DNA of 46,239 nt, from positions 1 to 46,239 of the forward strand of contig JAICSC010000001.1 of the NCBI GenBank assembly GCA_025937085.1, written 5' to 3'. The notes under the pieces are model-generated. The model made no database searches and was not told where the DNA came from. It saw only the letters and a list, made by a program, of their open reading frames with translations. The stretch is from Nocardioides sp. Lineage in GTDB: Bacteria; Actinomycetota; Actinomycetes; Propionibacteriales; Nocardioidaceae. Shown here one piece after another: positions 17,221 through 26,394 of this stretch (position 1 is the stretch's first letter; every line of letters starts with the position of its first letter). A program made the position numbers and the translations under genes.

Positions 17221-18699
17221 CTAACGGGGCAGCTGTCCGGCCTGGATATCGGTTCTGTTGAGGAGGTCTCGGTCGTTCGTGAAAGTGGCGGTGGTGACGA
17301 ACTTCGTGGCCGTCCCGGCCAAGCCTTGATACTCCCCGAGGAAGAATCCCCCGTTGTAGGGCGCGGTGCGTAGGTCGAACGGATGGGAGTTGACCCGTTG
17401 CCGCTGCGACCAAGTCGCGCCACGGTCGTCAGACTTCGAGAACCAGTAATCCGTGCGCAGCGCTCGAGACGTCACGGAGTCGGACGTGAGGTCATAGTAG
17501 GTGACGCCGACTCGGCCCTGTCCGGTGACTGCGACCGACGGCACGAACGCCTGCGTGTGATGATTGCTCGACACGTCGCGTGGGGTGCTCCACGTGCGGC
17601 CTCCGTCCGTGGACCGGACCAGTGCGATCTGCTGGCTTCCGTCCGCGGTGAATCGCGAGTCGCCCCAGACGATGTACACGTTTCTGGCGTTGACACGGGG
17701 GTCGACGGCCACGTCGGTGAAGCTGTCTCCGACCCGGACCGCGTCGCCGGTGCGCGGGTCTTCCACTCCCTTCACATACGTTCGGGCCACCGCCGTCGGT
17801 CGCGACCAGGTCCGGCCGGCGTCGGTGGAACGGATGACCAGGATGCGGTCGTGACGGGGATGGGTTGAGCCGGCGCCCAGACCGAGCTGAGTGAAGATGT
17901 TGAGCAGGTCGCCGTTCGGCAGCACGAGGATCTGGTTGGCTGACGTCTGCTGTCCCAGCGGTGCGCGGTGGATCGCACGTGCGGCTGACCAGTTTCGACC
18001 GCTGTCGCGCGTCACTGCGAAGTAGACGCTGCCCCGGGCCTTGTCCGCTGGGGCGCTGAAGTGCCGTTCCCAGACGACGTACGCCGTTCCGGCGCGTGTC
18101 GGGTCTGCAGTGACCGCGGGGCGGTCGTCGATGAGGTTGTCTTGGTTGTCGCGGATGAGCGTGGCAGGTGAGCTCCAGGTGCGGCCCTGGTCATCGGACG
18201 TCGACACCAGTTCAGCGGTGTCCCAGTTCGAGTCGTTGTAGGAGACCGCCGCGAAGTAGGCGCGCCCGTCCGGGCCGTAGGAGACCCACGGGTCGGTCGC
18301 CTTCTCGAAGTCGCCACCGTTAGCGGCGTCGCCCCCCGAGCAGCGGGCGAACGATGGTTGTGCCGACAGTCGGGGCGCCGACCAAGTGACTCCCGCGTCC
18401 GACGTCCATGCAGCCAGCACCCCGTTGGCGCCGTCGTTGGGATACCTGTCTTCTTGATAGACCGCGATCATCTGCCGCTCATGACGCGGGTCGACCGCAA
18501 CATAGGGTTCAACCTCGGCATTGACGTACGCCGCAGTCGGCGGGCGCGCATCGTTGCAGTCAGCTACGAACGGCGTGGACTTCGACACGCGGGCCGGCTC
18601 GTGACCCACCGCGCTCTCGGCTTGGGGAGTGGCCACGAGGCCCGCGCCTCCGAGCCCGAGGACGACCAGTCCGAAAGTGATGAGTCCCATCCGAGGCAT
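17221..18699 (-). CDS. Secreted BNR/Asp-box repeat (sialidase-like beta-propeller) protein
   Basis: GGAGGAGG RBS; signal-peptide-like N-terminus; six S/T-x-D-x-G-x-T/N-W boxes (SDAGVTW, DDQGRTW, RDSGRNW, TDAGRTW, TDGGRTW, DDRGATW). Confidence 0.88.
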   Translation of the reverse strand: MPRMGLITFGLVVLGLGGAGLVATPQAESAVGHEPARVSKSTPFVADCNDARPPTAAYVNAEVEPYVAVDPRHERQMIAVYQEDRYPNDGANGVLAAWTSDAGVTWSAPRLSAQPSFARCSGGDAANGGDFEKATDPWVSYGPDGRAYFAAVSYNDSNWDTAELVSTSDDQGRTWSSPATLIRDNQDNLIDDRPAVTADPTRAGTAYVVWERHFSAPADKARGSVYFAVTRDSGRNWSAARAIHRAPLGQQTSANQILVLPNGDLLNIFTQLGLGAGSTHPRHDRILVIRSTDAGRTWSRPTAVARTYVKGVEDPRTGDAVRVGDSFTDVAVDPRVNARNVYIVWGDSRFTADGSQQIALVRSTDGGRTWSTPRDVSSNHHTQAFVPSVAVTGQGRVGVTYYDLTSDSVTSRALRTDYWFSKSDDRGATWSQRQRVNSHPFDLRTAPYNGGFFLGEYQGLAGTATKFVTTATFTNDRDLLNRTDIQAGQLPR

Positions 18700-18878
18700 G
18701 TCGTCCTCCTCCTCCCACCACCCGCGGCGCCACGGCCCTCCCAGCATCGCGCCCCTGGCAATGTGCGTCAATCAGCTGCCAGGACTCCGTCACCGCCTGC
18801 GTTCCGAAAGCCGAACCCCGGGTTCGTGCGGTGGTCGCAACACCCACCTGATTGCTGGATTCTTGTGAGGTGTTGACG

Positions 18879-20036
18879 ATGCCTGTGCGTTTCTCCAACC
18901 AGCTTGTCGCCGAGCTGTATCAGCCGTTCTGGGCGGCGTGGCAGGGTGGTGAGTTCTTGACCGACGCGGCTGCGGTTGCCGGTACGTATCGCCACCGCGG
19001 CCTGGCCTGGCTGAGCCAGGCCGGCGGGGTGCGGCCGAGGCGGGGCCGGGACCTGCAGGGACGCTGCTTGTCGTTCGCGGAGCGTGAAGAGATCGCGCTG
19101 GGTCGTGCGGCGGGTGAGTCGATGCGGGCGATCGCCGCGCGTCTGGGCCGCAGCCCCTCGACGATCTCGCGGGAGCTGGGCCGCAACGCCGATCGTGCCG
19201 GCCGGTATCGGGCGAGCGCGGCGCAGGTGCTGGCCTATCAGCGGGCCTGCCGTCCCAAGCCGGCGAAGCTGGTGATCAACCCCGTGTTGCGCCAGCGGGT
19301 GCAAGCCGATCTGGCGAAGCGGTACTCCCCGGAGCAGATCGTTGGCCGGCTGCGCAAGGATTTCCCCGACGAGCCGGAGATGTGGGTGTCGACCGAGATC
19401 TATCAGTCGCTGTACGTTCAGTCGCGCGGGGCGCTGCGCCGCGAGCTGACGAAGTGTCTGCGCACCGGACGGGCGCTGCGGGTCCCGAACCGGCAGGGCG
19501 CCCACCGCAAGAACCGGGTGCTGCCCGACATGGTCACATCAGCGAACGGCCCGCCGAGGCCGTCGACCGCGCGGTGCCCGGGCATCGGGAGGGCGATCTG
19601 ATCCTCGGGAAGGGCAACGCTTCGGCGATCGGACGCTGGTCGAGCGCTCCACCGGCTACACCCTGCTCGTCCCGCTGCGCGAGGGGTTCAAGGCCGAGCA
19701 AGTCGCCCCCGCGCTGGCCGCGAAGATCAAGACGCTGCCCGAGGCGCTGCGCCGGTCACTGACCTGGGACCAGGGTGTGGAGATGCGCGACTGGAACAGG
19801 TCAAGATGGCCGCCGACATCGCCATCTTCTTCTGCGACACACTCCACTTGGCAGCGCGCCACCAACGAGAACACCAACGGCCCGCTACGACAGTACGCAC
19901 CCCTTGCGGCACCGACTTGTCGGTGCACTCCGCCGCCGACCTGGACTGGGTCGCCGCCGAGCTCAACGACCGGCCCCGCAAACGCCTCAAGTACGCCAAG
20001 CCGAGCGAGCAGATCGGTCCCTTGCTGCTCGGCTGA
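18879..20036 (+). pseudogene. IS30-family transposase with multiple frameshifts
   Basis: LSFAEREEI...RSPSTISREL HTH, SPEQI, PGH(R)EGDL, SLTWDQGVEM, WQRATNENTNG and LNDRPRKRL are spread over different frames. Confidence 0.92.
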
Positions 20037-20224
20037 CCGTTCTACCGGGACGCTTCCTCGCAGCAGCCCGTACTCTGGTCACCGCGCAGGAGAAGTCAAG
20101 GTGCAGCCCCCACAGCCGCTTGCGGCGAGGAGGAACGACCTTGACACCGACAAGCGGTGACCCATCATCGACAGCGAGGAGCGCCCAGGAGCCCCCGAAG
20201 GTAGTGAGAAACCAGAGCAAGTGC

Positions 20225-20435
20225 TCAGTCGTCGTCCTCGCCGAAGAGCAGATGCCCGTCATCCCCGCCGAGCAGGAACCTGACCCGGCCCAGATCCGCG
20301 CACAGCTGCGCCACGTCGTAGCGCTCGCTGCCCACGAACCGAGCCAACGCCTCGCTATCAGGGCCGCCGAGCCAGTCTCGAACAAAGCCGAGCAGCTCAA
20401 CGTGAAGCGCCGTCGCTGGCCTCCAGCCCCCTCAC
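20225..20435 (-). pseudogene. Small frameshifted hypothetical gene inside the IS30 ends
   Basis: Frame ELLGFVRDWLGGPDSEALARFVGSERYDVAQLCADLGRVRFLLGGDDGHLLFGEDDD* lacks its own start; the putative N-terminus (VRGLEASDGA) is in another frame. Confidence 0.45.
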
Positions 20436-20668
20436 CAGCCGCCACCTCCCCAGTATCCACCCGGAGCGCCCGCAACTAGGCTGAAACCACTCGCCGACCA
20501 ACCGCTCGACGAAAGATCGTGTGTTGCGAGCACCGCCAGAACCCGCCGATCCCGCTGCGGGACGTGTCGAGCCCCTCGGGCCGAGCGGATGCCTGCCGGC
20601 CCTCGCTGTGCGAGAGCTGATCTCGCCAAGGTCGCCACGCCGCCTTCGTCAACCTGATGGCAACTGGT

Positions 20669-21394
20669 TCACCTGGATGCACGAGGGTTCGCAAGCTGGT
20701 TGGCTTCTTGGGGCGCGCCGTTCTTGCGGATGAGTAGCCACTGCGTAAGGAGGAGGTTGGGGACCCAGCACAAGAACGGCATCACCGTGTACGCGCGGTT
20801 CCAGGCCGCCGTGGCGTCCAGGCCGAGCGCGGTGAGCAGGCCGGTAAGCAGGGGTTGCCAGATCCTGAGGGTGACGCCGGCGTAGGTGAGTGCGAAGGTG
20901 CGGATCATCCACCGGCGGTGTTCGTCGACTTTGCCTCGTCGGATGGCACGGAACGCCGAGAGCGCGGACCCGATCCAGAAGACGCCCAGGAGCCCGAACC
21001 CGATCGTGCCCACCAGCCCGGCCTCGCTGACGGTGCTGATCACGATGCCGGCACTTCCGCCCAGGGCGATGGCCACGAGGACCACACGCCCGATGACTCG
21101 GTGCACTCTGGGGGCGCGAGTGCGGATCCGCGTCGCGAACTGCATTGGGGAGAGGACGAGTGCGAGCCCCGCGCAGGCCACGTGCACGTACAGCGCGGAG
21201 TGGATGAGCAACCCCCGGTCGAGGTAGTTGCGGGAGAGACCGACGTTTCCCTTGGCGAGAACGGGCAAGGACGAGACCAGGTACGGAGTCACCGCGAACG
21301 TGGCGATGGCGAGGCTCGACAGCACGATCCACCAGTAGGCAGGGATGCGCCAGCGGGCCACCACCGGCTTCCCCGGATGCTGCAACGTCGTCAT
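20669..21394 (-). CDS. DUF2306-family membrane protein
   Basis: LYVHV, PRVHRVIGR, HRRWMIRTFALTYAGVTLR; RBS-like AAAGG before ATG 21394. Confidence 0.85.
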   Translation of the reverse strand: MTTLQHPGKPVVARWRIPAYWWIVLSSLAIATFAVTPYLVSSLPVLAKGNVGLSRNYLDRGLLIHSALYVHVACAGLALVLSPMQFATRIRTRAPRVHRVIGRVVLVAIALGGSAGIVISTVSEAGLVGTIGFGLLGVFWIGSALSAFRAIRRGKVDEHRRWMIRTFALTYAGVTLRIWQPLLTGLLTALGLDATAAWNRAYTVMPFLCWVPNLLLTQWLLIRKNGAPQEANQLANPRASR

Positions 21395-21555
21395 GGCAGG
21401 GCCTTTCGTCCAGTGACCGGGCCATGAGGAGCTCGATCGAGGTGATGCGGTCGTCCTGCCCGTCCGGTGCGCCGTTCCGGAGGACACCGCGTTGATGAGG
21501 CGCGTGAGGGGTGAGGCCGCTGGCCGCGGCGGGATGCTGTGAGACGGGTGGGCGG

Positions 21556-22659
21556 TTACCCGGTGGGTGGGTCGTGCTGGCGGTAGGCGTCGACCACGCG
21601 GGTGAAGAACTCGTGGTAGGGCCAGGCGGCGGTGTTGTTGGTCATGGCGACGATGGCAACACCGAGGTCGGGGTAGATGCGCATCGCGTTCCAGAACCCG
21701 CCACCGGTGCCGTAGTGCTCGACGAACGCGGGGGTCCGGTCCGCATCGGCCGGCTTGCGGAACCAGCCGATGCCCTGATCGAAGGGCTTGCCCCGCTGGG
21801 TGATCGACCTCATGTGCTGGAGGTCCCCGAGTGGGCTCGTGTCGCTGAGATGAGCGGTAGCGAGCTTGACGGCGTCCGACGCCGGCCCGATGAGCCCGCC
21901 GTAGGCGGCTCCCTCGACCAGGAACGGGCGAAGGCTGCTGTAGTCCCCCACTCGGTCACCGACGATCCCTGCTGGCAGGAGCCACTTGAGCAGCGGGTGC
22001 GCCAGCCGGGGCGCGCGGACGTATCCGGTGGCACGCGGCCGGTCGTGGTCGAAGTCAAAGCCGGTCTCGGTCATGCCCAAGGGGTCGAGGACGAGGTCGG
22101 CGATCGCCTGCTCCAAGCGCTGGCTGGTCACCGCCTCCAGGACCCGACCCACCAGCAGGTAGCCGATGTTGGAGTAGGCGGCGCGCTGACCCGGAGCCCG
22201 ACGCGGAGCGCCGTGCTTGGCCGTGATGGTGTCGACCAGGGAGGTATCGGCCGGACGCCCCGCTGGGCGGACCCACCGGATCGGAAGTGGGTTGGACAGC
22301 CCGGCCGTGTGGGTAAGCAGCTGCCGAACGGTCGGCGTCTGGTGTCTGCCTGCGTGGTAGCCGGGCAGGAAGGTGTCGATGGCGGCGTCGAGGTCCAGCC
22401 GTCCGGCCGCCGCGAGCCTACTGGCCGCGGTCGCCGTCGCGATCTTGGTCATCGAGAACCACGGGTACTGATCCCGGGTGCTCGCGGGCCGAGCGGTGGC
22501 GAGGTCGGCGATGCCTACCGCGCCGACGGCGTGGAGCCCGCCGGTGGAGGCGACCGCGAAGGACAGCGCGGGCGTGTGCCTGCCCTTGGTGGCGGACGCC
22601 GCCTGCGTGAGCCTGCTCGTGAGCAGGACGTCGGTTCCACGCAGGCCGTGAGTGTTCAT
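21556..22659 (-). CDS. Serine hydrolase (beta-lactamase/esterase family)
   Basis: SMTK (SxxK), LLTHTAGL, YSN, HYG. Confidence 0.92.
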   Translation of the reverse strand: MNTHGLRGTDVLLTSRLTQAASATKGRHTPALSFAVASTGGLHAVGAVGIADLATARPASTRDQYPWFSMTKIATATAASRLAAAGRLDLDAAIDTFLPGYHAGRHQTPTVRQLLTHTAGLSNPLPIRWVRPAGRPADTSLVDTITAKHGAPRRAPGQRAAYSNIGYLLVGRVLEAVTSQRLEQAIADLVLDPLGMTETGFDFDHDRPRATGYVRAPRLAHPLLKWLLPAGIVGDRVGDYSSLRPFLVEGAAYGGLIGPASDAVKLATAHLSDTSPLGDLQHMRSITQRGKPFDQGIGWFRKPADADRTPAFVEHYGTGGGFWNAMRIYPDLGVAIVAMTNNTAAWPYHEFFTRVVDAYRQHDPPTG

Positions 22660-22660
22660 G

Positions 22661-23260
22661 TCAGGTCCGTTCCGGTTGGAGACGCAGGAAGTCGATGTAG
22701 CGCCGGGCCTCGTCCTGCTGCTCGGGCGTGAGCTCGGGGCCGAGGTAGGTCAGCGTGTGGGCGGTGGCGGGGCCGCCGTCATGGGGATCCACGGTGTAGG
22801 GACGCGAGTCCAGACCAGTGACGTCACGCAGGATGCGGTCAAGGTCTTGCAGGACCAGTCGCTCCCGCAGCGTGTCGGGGACGAAGCGGGGCCTGAGCTC
22901 GTGCATGGCGGCGAGGAACGGCCCTGTTGCCTGCCGCAGCGCCGCCGTCCCGTCCGGAGCGAGGGCGACCAGAAGGGACCTGCCGTCGTTCGGGTTCGGC
23001 TGCCGCTCGAGGTGTCCCCGCTGATCGACACGGCCGAGATGGGCGGAAACGGTGGTGGTCGGCCAGCCGGTCCAACGGTGGATCTGCGTGGGCGTGGCGG
23101 GGCCGAACGCCCCGAGCAGCGAGTACAGCCCGAAGTCGTTCCCAGACAGGCCGCTGCCGGCCAGGACGTCGTCCAGGTAGCCGACGGAAAGCCCGGACAG
23201 GAGCCACACGTCGAACAGGAGAGACATGGGGCCGTCGCTGCGGGGCGCCGCGCTGGACAT
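22661..23260 (-). CDS. MarR-family regulator with C-terminal extension
   Basis: TTVSAHLGRVDQRGHLERQPNPNDGRSLLVAL winged helix; stop 1 nt before the hydrolase start. Confidence 0.85.
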   Translation of the reverse strand: MSSAAPRSDGPMSLLFDVWLLSGLSVGYLDDVLAGSGLSGNDFGLYSLLGAFGPATPTQIHRWTGWPTTTVSAHLGRVDQRGHLERQPNPNDGRSLLVALAPDGTAALRQATGPFLAAMHELRPRFVPDTLRERLVLQDLDRILRDVTGLDSRPYTVDPHDGGPATAHTLTYLGPELTPEQQDEARRYIDFLRLQPERT

Positions 23261-23534
23261 GCAAGCAACATACTTCCTTCTCGCATCAAAGTCATGCACT
23301 CTCGCAGTAGGACGCCGAGCGACTAGACCAGGCCGCGACCTCATCGACGTCGAGCAGGAAGCCGGAGACCGATCCCTTGTGGGACGCGGGCAGCCCGAAC
23401 CTGCCAAGCTGCGGGTGCCTCGACCGCGCCCGGGTCACCGTTCTTGCTCAGGGACGGCCATGGGGGGTCTGACCGTCACGTAGGCGCCGGGCGTACTGCC
23501 GAGGTGGCGGACTTCTTGGCCACGTTGTCGTACA

Positions 23535-24152
23535 CTAGGTACTGCCTGAGGCGCTGAGCTTCAGGAAGTAGAGCCCGAGACCCGGCCGGACGACCGTGGC
23601 GCTCGGCTCAGCGCATTTCTGCACGTCGGTAGTGCCGGCGATTACCGAGCTGATGCGTGCGCGCCAGTGACCGCCCTTGGCGTAGCACCAAGCGATGGCA
23701 TCAGGCAGAGCGAGCAGCGGTTCCGTGGCCGCCCGTTCGTGGCGGTAGTGCAGTTGGTCGGCGCAGCCGGTATCGCGGGTCACCTCGATCAGTTGCTGGC
23801 GATCGGTGCTGAGCAAGGTCTCGTCGAGCTCGAGTGTGAACTGCACTTGACCTTGGTCGGCCAGATCTCTAACCAGCTGCTCCAGGCACGCGCGTCGTCG
23901 CTGGAGGTCGGTGCGGTATCGGCGCCCGGCGCTGTAGACCGTAGCACTGAGGGGCAGGGACGCGATGGTGTCGGCCAATGCTCGCTTTCGAGCGTCGCGT
24001 TCCGCCTTCATGTGCAGCCTCCGCTGGCCTGGGAGCATGTGGTCATTGAGCTTGCGACGGATCGTTCCAAGGTCGCCAGGAACGACGACCGCGGCAACCA
24101 TGATGTAGTCACGTGCCTTGGTCTCGTCCACGAAGACATGAAGCGTCGACAC
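23535..24152 (-). CDS. DUF3800-like (RNase H-fold) protein
   Basis: N-terminal HVFVDET, RRLHMK, C-terminal EPLLALPDAIAWC: the acidic DE...D pattern of DUF3800-like proteins. Start at GTG 24152. Confidence 0.7.
   Translation of the reverse strand: MSTLHVFVDETKARDYIMVAAVVVPGDLGTIRRKLNDHMLPGQRRLHMKAERDARKRALADTIASLPLSATVYSAGRRYRTDLQRRRACLEQLVRDLADQGQVQFTLELDETLLSTDRQQLIEVTRDTGCADQLHYRHERAATEPLLALPDAIAWCYAKGGHWRARISSVIAGTTDVQKCAEPSATVVRPGLGLYFLKLSASGST
23540..23618 (-). ncRNA. Structured RNA at the 3' end of the DUF3800-like gene (DUF3800-RNA-like)
   Basis: Minus strand: GAGCCGAG/CTCGGGCTC stem enclosing a CGGTC-GTCC-GGCCG hairpin, then a CCTGA/TCAGG hairpin. GCGCTGAGC is perfectly complementary to GCTCAGCGC. 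Confidence 0.55.
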
Positions 24153-24438
24153 GAGACCATCTTCGCGGCTGCGGTGACAGGCTCCACGTAGCCCTTGCAT
24201 CGGGCGCGGCGTGAGCGCCTGCCGTGTGCAACCTGATGCGAGGACGACTTGCCACAGCACCAACGCCACAACAGTTCAAGGGCTGAGGGTGGACTGCGGA
24301 CAGGGGTGGTGGCGGGCGGCGCGATAGCTGGAGCCTCGACGGCGATCCTGCTCGGACGGGGCCGGGCACAGCGTGAGCGTGGCCGAGCAGGTGCCGAAGC
24401 AGCCTCGAGTGGGAGACCACCGGACGCGCCGGGCCCAG

Positions 24439-24550
24439 AGTCCGCAGCCAGTCCGCAAGAAGTCCGCGAGCCGCCAACGGTTGCCAACTCCAGCCACCGG
24501 CATAATCGCAGGTCAGGTGCCGTATTCACCGATTGCCGATGTTTGCCGAC
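24439..24550. repeat. Phased short direct repeats next to the att junction (candidate integrase arm and excisionase sites)
   Basis: AGTCCGC at 24439, 24450, 24461 (11-bp period); GCCAAC/GCCAAC/GCCACC at 10-bp period within 24471-24498; TTGCCGA twice within 24533-24550. Confidence 0.6.
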
Positions 24551-24562
24551 ACGCCCTGGAAG

Positions 24563-24603
24563 GGTTTAGGAAACCGACGCTCTATCCCCTGAGCTACGAG
24601 GGC
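24563..24603 (-). tRNA. tRNA-Arg(CCT) 5' half only, interrupted in the anticodon stem
   Basis: GCCCTCG TA GCTC AGGGGATA GAGC G TCGGT TTCCTAA ACC, then non-tRNA sequence (cttccaggg...). No T-arm or 3' acceptor strand follows. Confidence 0.88.
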
Positions 24604-24802
24604 CGAGCAAGACAGTCCCAAGCCGAGGAATCCCAGCCCGACGCCAGCCCTGCTCCAGCGAGGATAGTCGAGCCCGGGCGCGTCCGGGCAGCGGCCAGCG
24701 CTGCGACCCAGGCCCCCGACCTTGACGGTGCCCGACGATGATGGTGGGGCGAGGACGCCGCCGACACATCGCGTGGCGAGGACCGATGGGAAGGCATGAG
24801 CC

Positions 24803-26311
24803 GTGACAGGCACGCTGGAGTCCGTCAACCCGTCGACAGGTGAGGTCGTGGGTGTGTACGTCGTCGACGACGCTGCCTCGGTGGAGGCAGCGGTCGCCCG
24901 CGCTCGTCATGACGCAGACTGGTGGACGCGGGGGACGTTCGCCGAGCGTCGGCAAGTGCTCGACCAGTGGCGACGGGTGCTGGCTCGACGGATGCCGGAG
25001 CTCGCGGACCTGGTGCACCAGGAGACCGGGAAGCCGCACGCCGACGCCCAGCTGGAGATCGGTCTCGCCGTCAACCACCTGGCGTGGGCCGCCGCGCACG
25101 CCGGGAAGGTGCTCGGTCGTCGCCGGGTGTCATCGGGACTGCTGATGGCGAACCACGTCGCGACGGTGGAGTACCTCCCGTTGGGCGTCGTCGGCGTCAT
25201 CGGTCCGTGGAACTACCCGGTCTTCACGCCGATGGGGTCCATCAGCTACGCGCTCGCCGCCGGGAACGCGGTCGTCTTCAAGCCCAGCGAGCTCACCCCC
25301 GGCGTCGGCGTCTGGCTCGCGGCGAGCCTCTGCGAGGTGCTGCCCGGCCAGGGCCTGCTGCAGACGGTCGTGGGACGCAGGGAGACGGGCGTCGCCCTCT
25401 GCCGCGCGCCGATCGACAAGGTGGCCTTCACCGGCTCGGCGGCGACGGGGAGGAAGGTGATGGCGACCTGCGCGGAGAACCTCGTCCCGGTGATCATCGA
25501 GGGGGGCGGCAAGGACGCGCTGCTCGTCGACGAGGATGCGGACGTGCACCTGGCCGCGGATGCCGCCGCCTGGGGTGCCTTCTCCAACGCCGGCCAGACC
25601 TGCGTAGGCGTCGAGAGGGTGTACGTCCACGAGCGGGTGTACGACGGGTTCGTCGCCGAGCTCACCCGTCGGGCGCGCGACGTGCACGCGGGAGCGGAGG
25701 ACGGGGCGCAGCTGGGTCCGATGACGCTGGCCGGCCAGGCGGACGTCGTACGACGCCACATCGACGACGCGGTCAACCGGGGCGCCGAGGTGCTGGTGGG
25801 AGGCCCGAGCGCCGTGGGCGAGAGGTTCGTCCAGCCCACCGTGCTGGCCGGGGTGCCCGAGGACTCGTGCGCGGTCACCGAGGAGACGTTCGGGCCGACC
25901 GTGACGGTGAGAAGGGTGCACGACATGGAGGAGGCGGTGACCCTCGCGAACGCCAGCCGGTACGGGCTCGGGTCTGCCGTGTTCTCCCGGTCGCACGGAG
26001 CGGACCTGGCCCGGCGGCTGCGATCGGGGATGACGTCGGTGAACGGGGTCATCTCGTTCGCCGCCATCCCGGCGCTGCCCTTCGGCGGCGTGGGCGACTC
26101 GGGGTTCGGGCGGGTGCACGGGCCGGACGGGCTCAAGGAGTTCACCTTCGCCAAGTCGGTGGCGCGGCAGTGGATGAACCCGGCGACGGCGCTCACGACG
26201 TTCGACCGGACCCCCAGGACGGACGCCCTGTTCGCGGGGCTGATCCGGGTGCTGCACGGTCGGTCGAGGCTCTCCCCGAAGCGACCGCGCTGGGACCGCG
26301 GCGATCCCTGA
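24803..26311 (+). CDS. Aldehyde dehydrogenase
   Basis: GPWNYP, KPSE, FTGS, EGGGKD, NAGQTC, EETFGP, PFGG. Confidence 0.95.
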   Translation: MTGTLESVNPSTGEVVGVYVVDDAASVEAAVARARHDADWWTRGTFAERRQVLDQWRRVLARRMPELADLVHQETGKPHADAQLEIGLAVNHLAWAAAHAGKVLGRRRVSSGLLMANHVATVEYLPLGVVGVIGPWNYPVFTPMGSISYALAAGNAVVFKPSELTPGVGVWLAASLCEVLPGQGLLQTVVGRRETGVALCRAPIDKVAFTGSAATGRKVMATCAENLVPVIIEGGGKDALLVDEDADVHLAADAAAWGAFSNAGQTCVGVERVYVHERVYDGFVAELTRRARDVHAGAEDGAQLGPMTLAGQADVVRRHIDDAVNRGAEVLVGGPSAVGERFVQPTVLAGVPEDSCAVTEETFGPTVTVRRVHDMEEAVTLANASRYGLGSAVFSRSHGADLARRLRSGMTSVNGVISFAAIPALPFGGVGDSGFGRVHGPDGLKEFTFAKSVARQWMNPATALTTFDRTPRTDALFAGLIRVLHGRSRLSPKRPRWDRGDP

Positions 26312-26394
26312 CCCCCTCGGCGCCGACGTCGACGTGACCCGGCGATCACCCCGGGACATCCGATGGCGGAGGCCGCCATGACAGGCTGCGGACC

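Larger units (their letters stand above)
18819..20545 (+). mobile_element. Degenerate IS30-family element
   Basis: Inverted ends CGGGTTCGTGCGGTGGTCGCAACAC (18819-18843) and GTGTTGCGAGCACCGCCAGAACCCG (20521-20545), with 3 mismatches. Confidence 0.8.

Noticed and set aside
67-20435. Frameshifts as general sequencing error
   Set aside because: Indels cluster in mobile or duplicated genes, while the long core and catabolic genes are intact. Individual homopolymer indels still need read support.
21556-22659. Beta-lactam resistance gene (also the MBL at 14591-15532 and the penicillin acylase)
   Set aside because: Motifs define broad hydrolase families only; nothing shows beta-lactam specificity.
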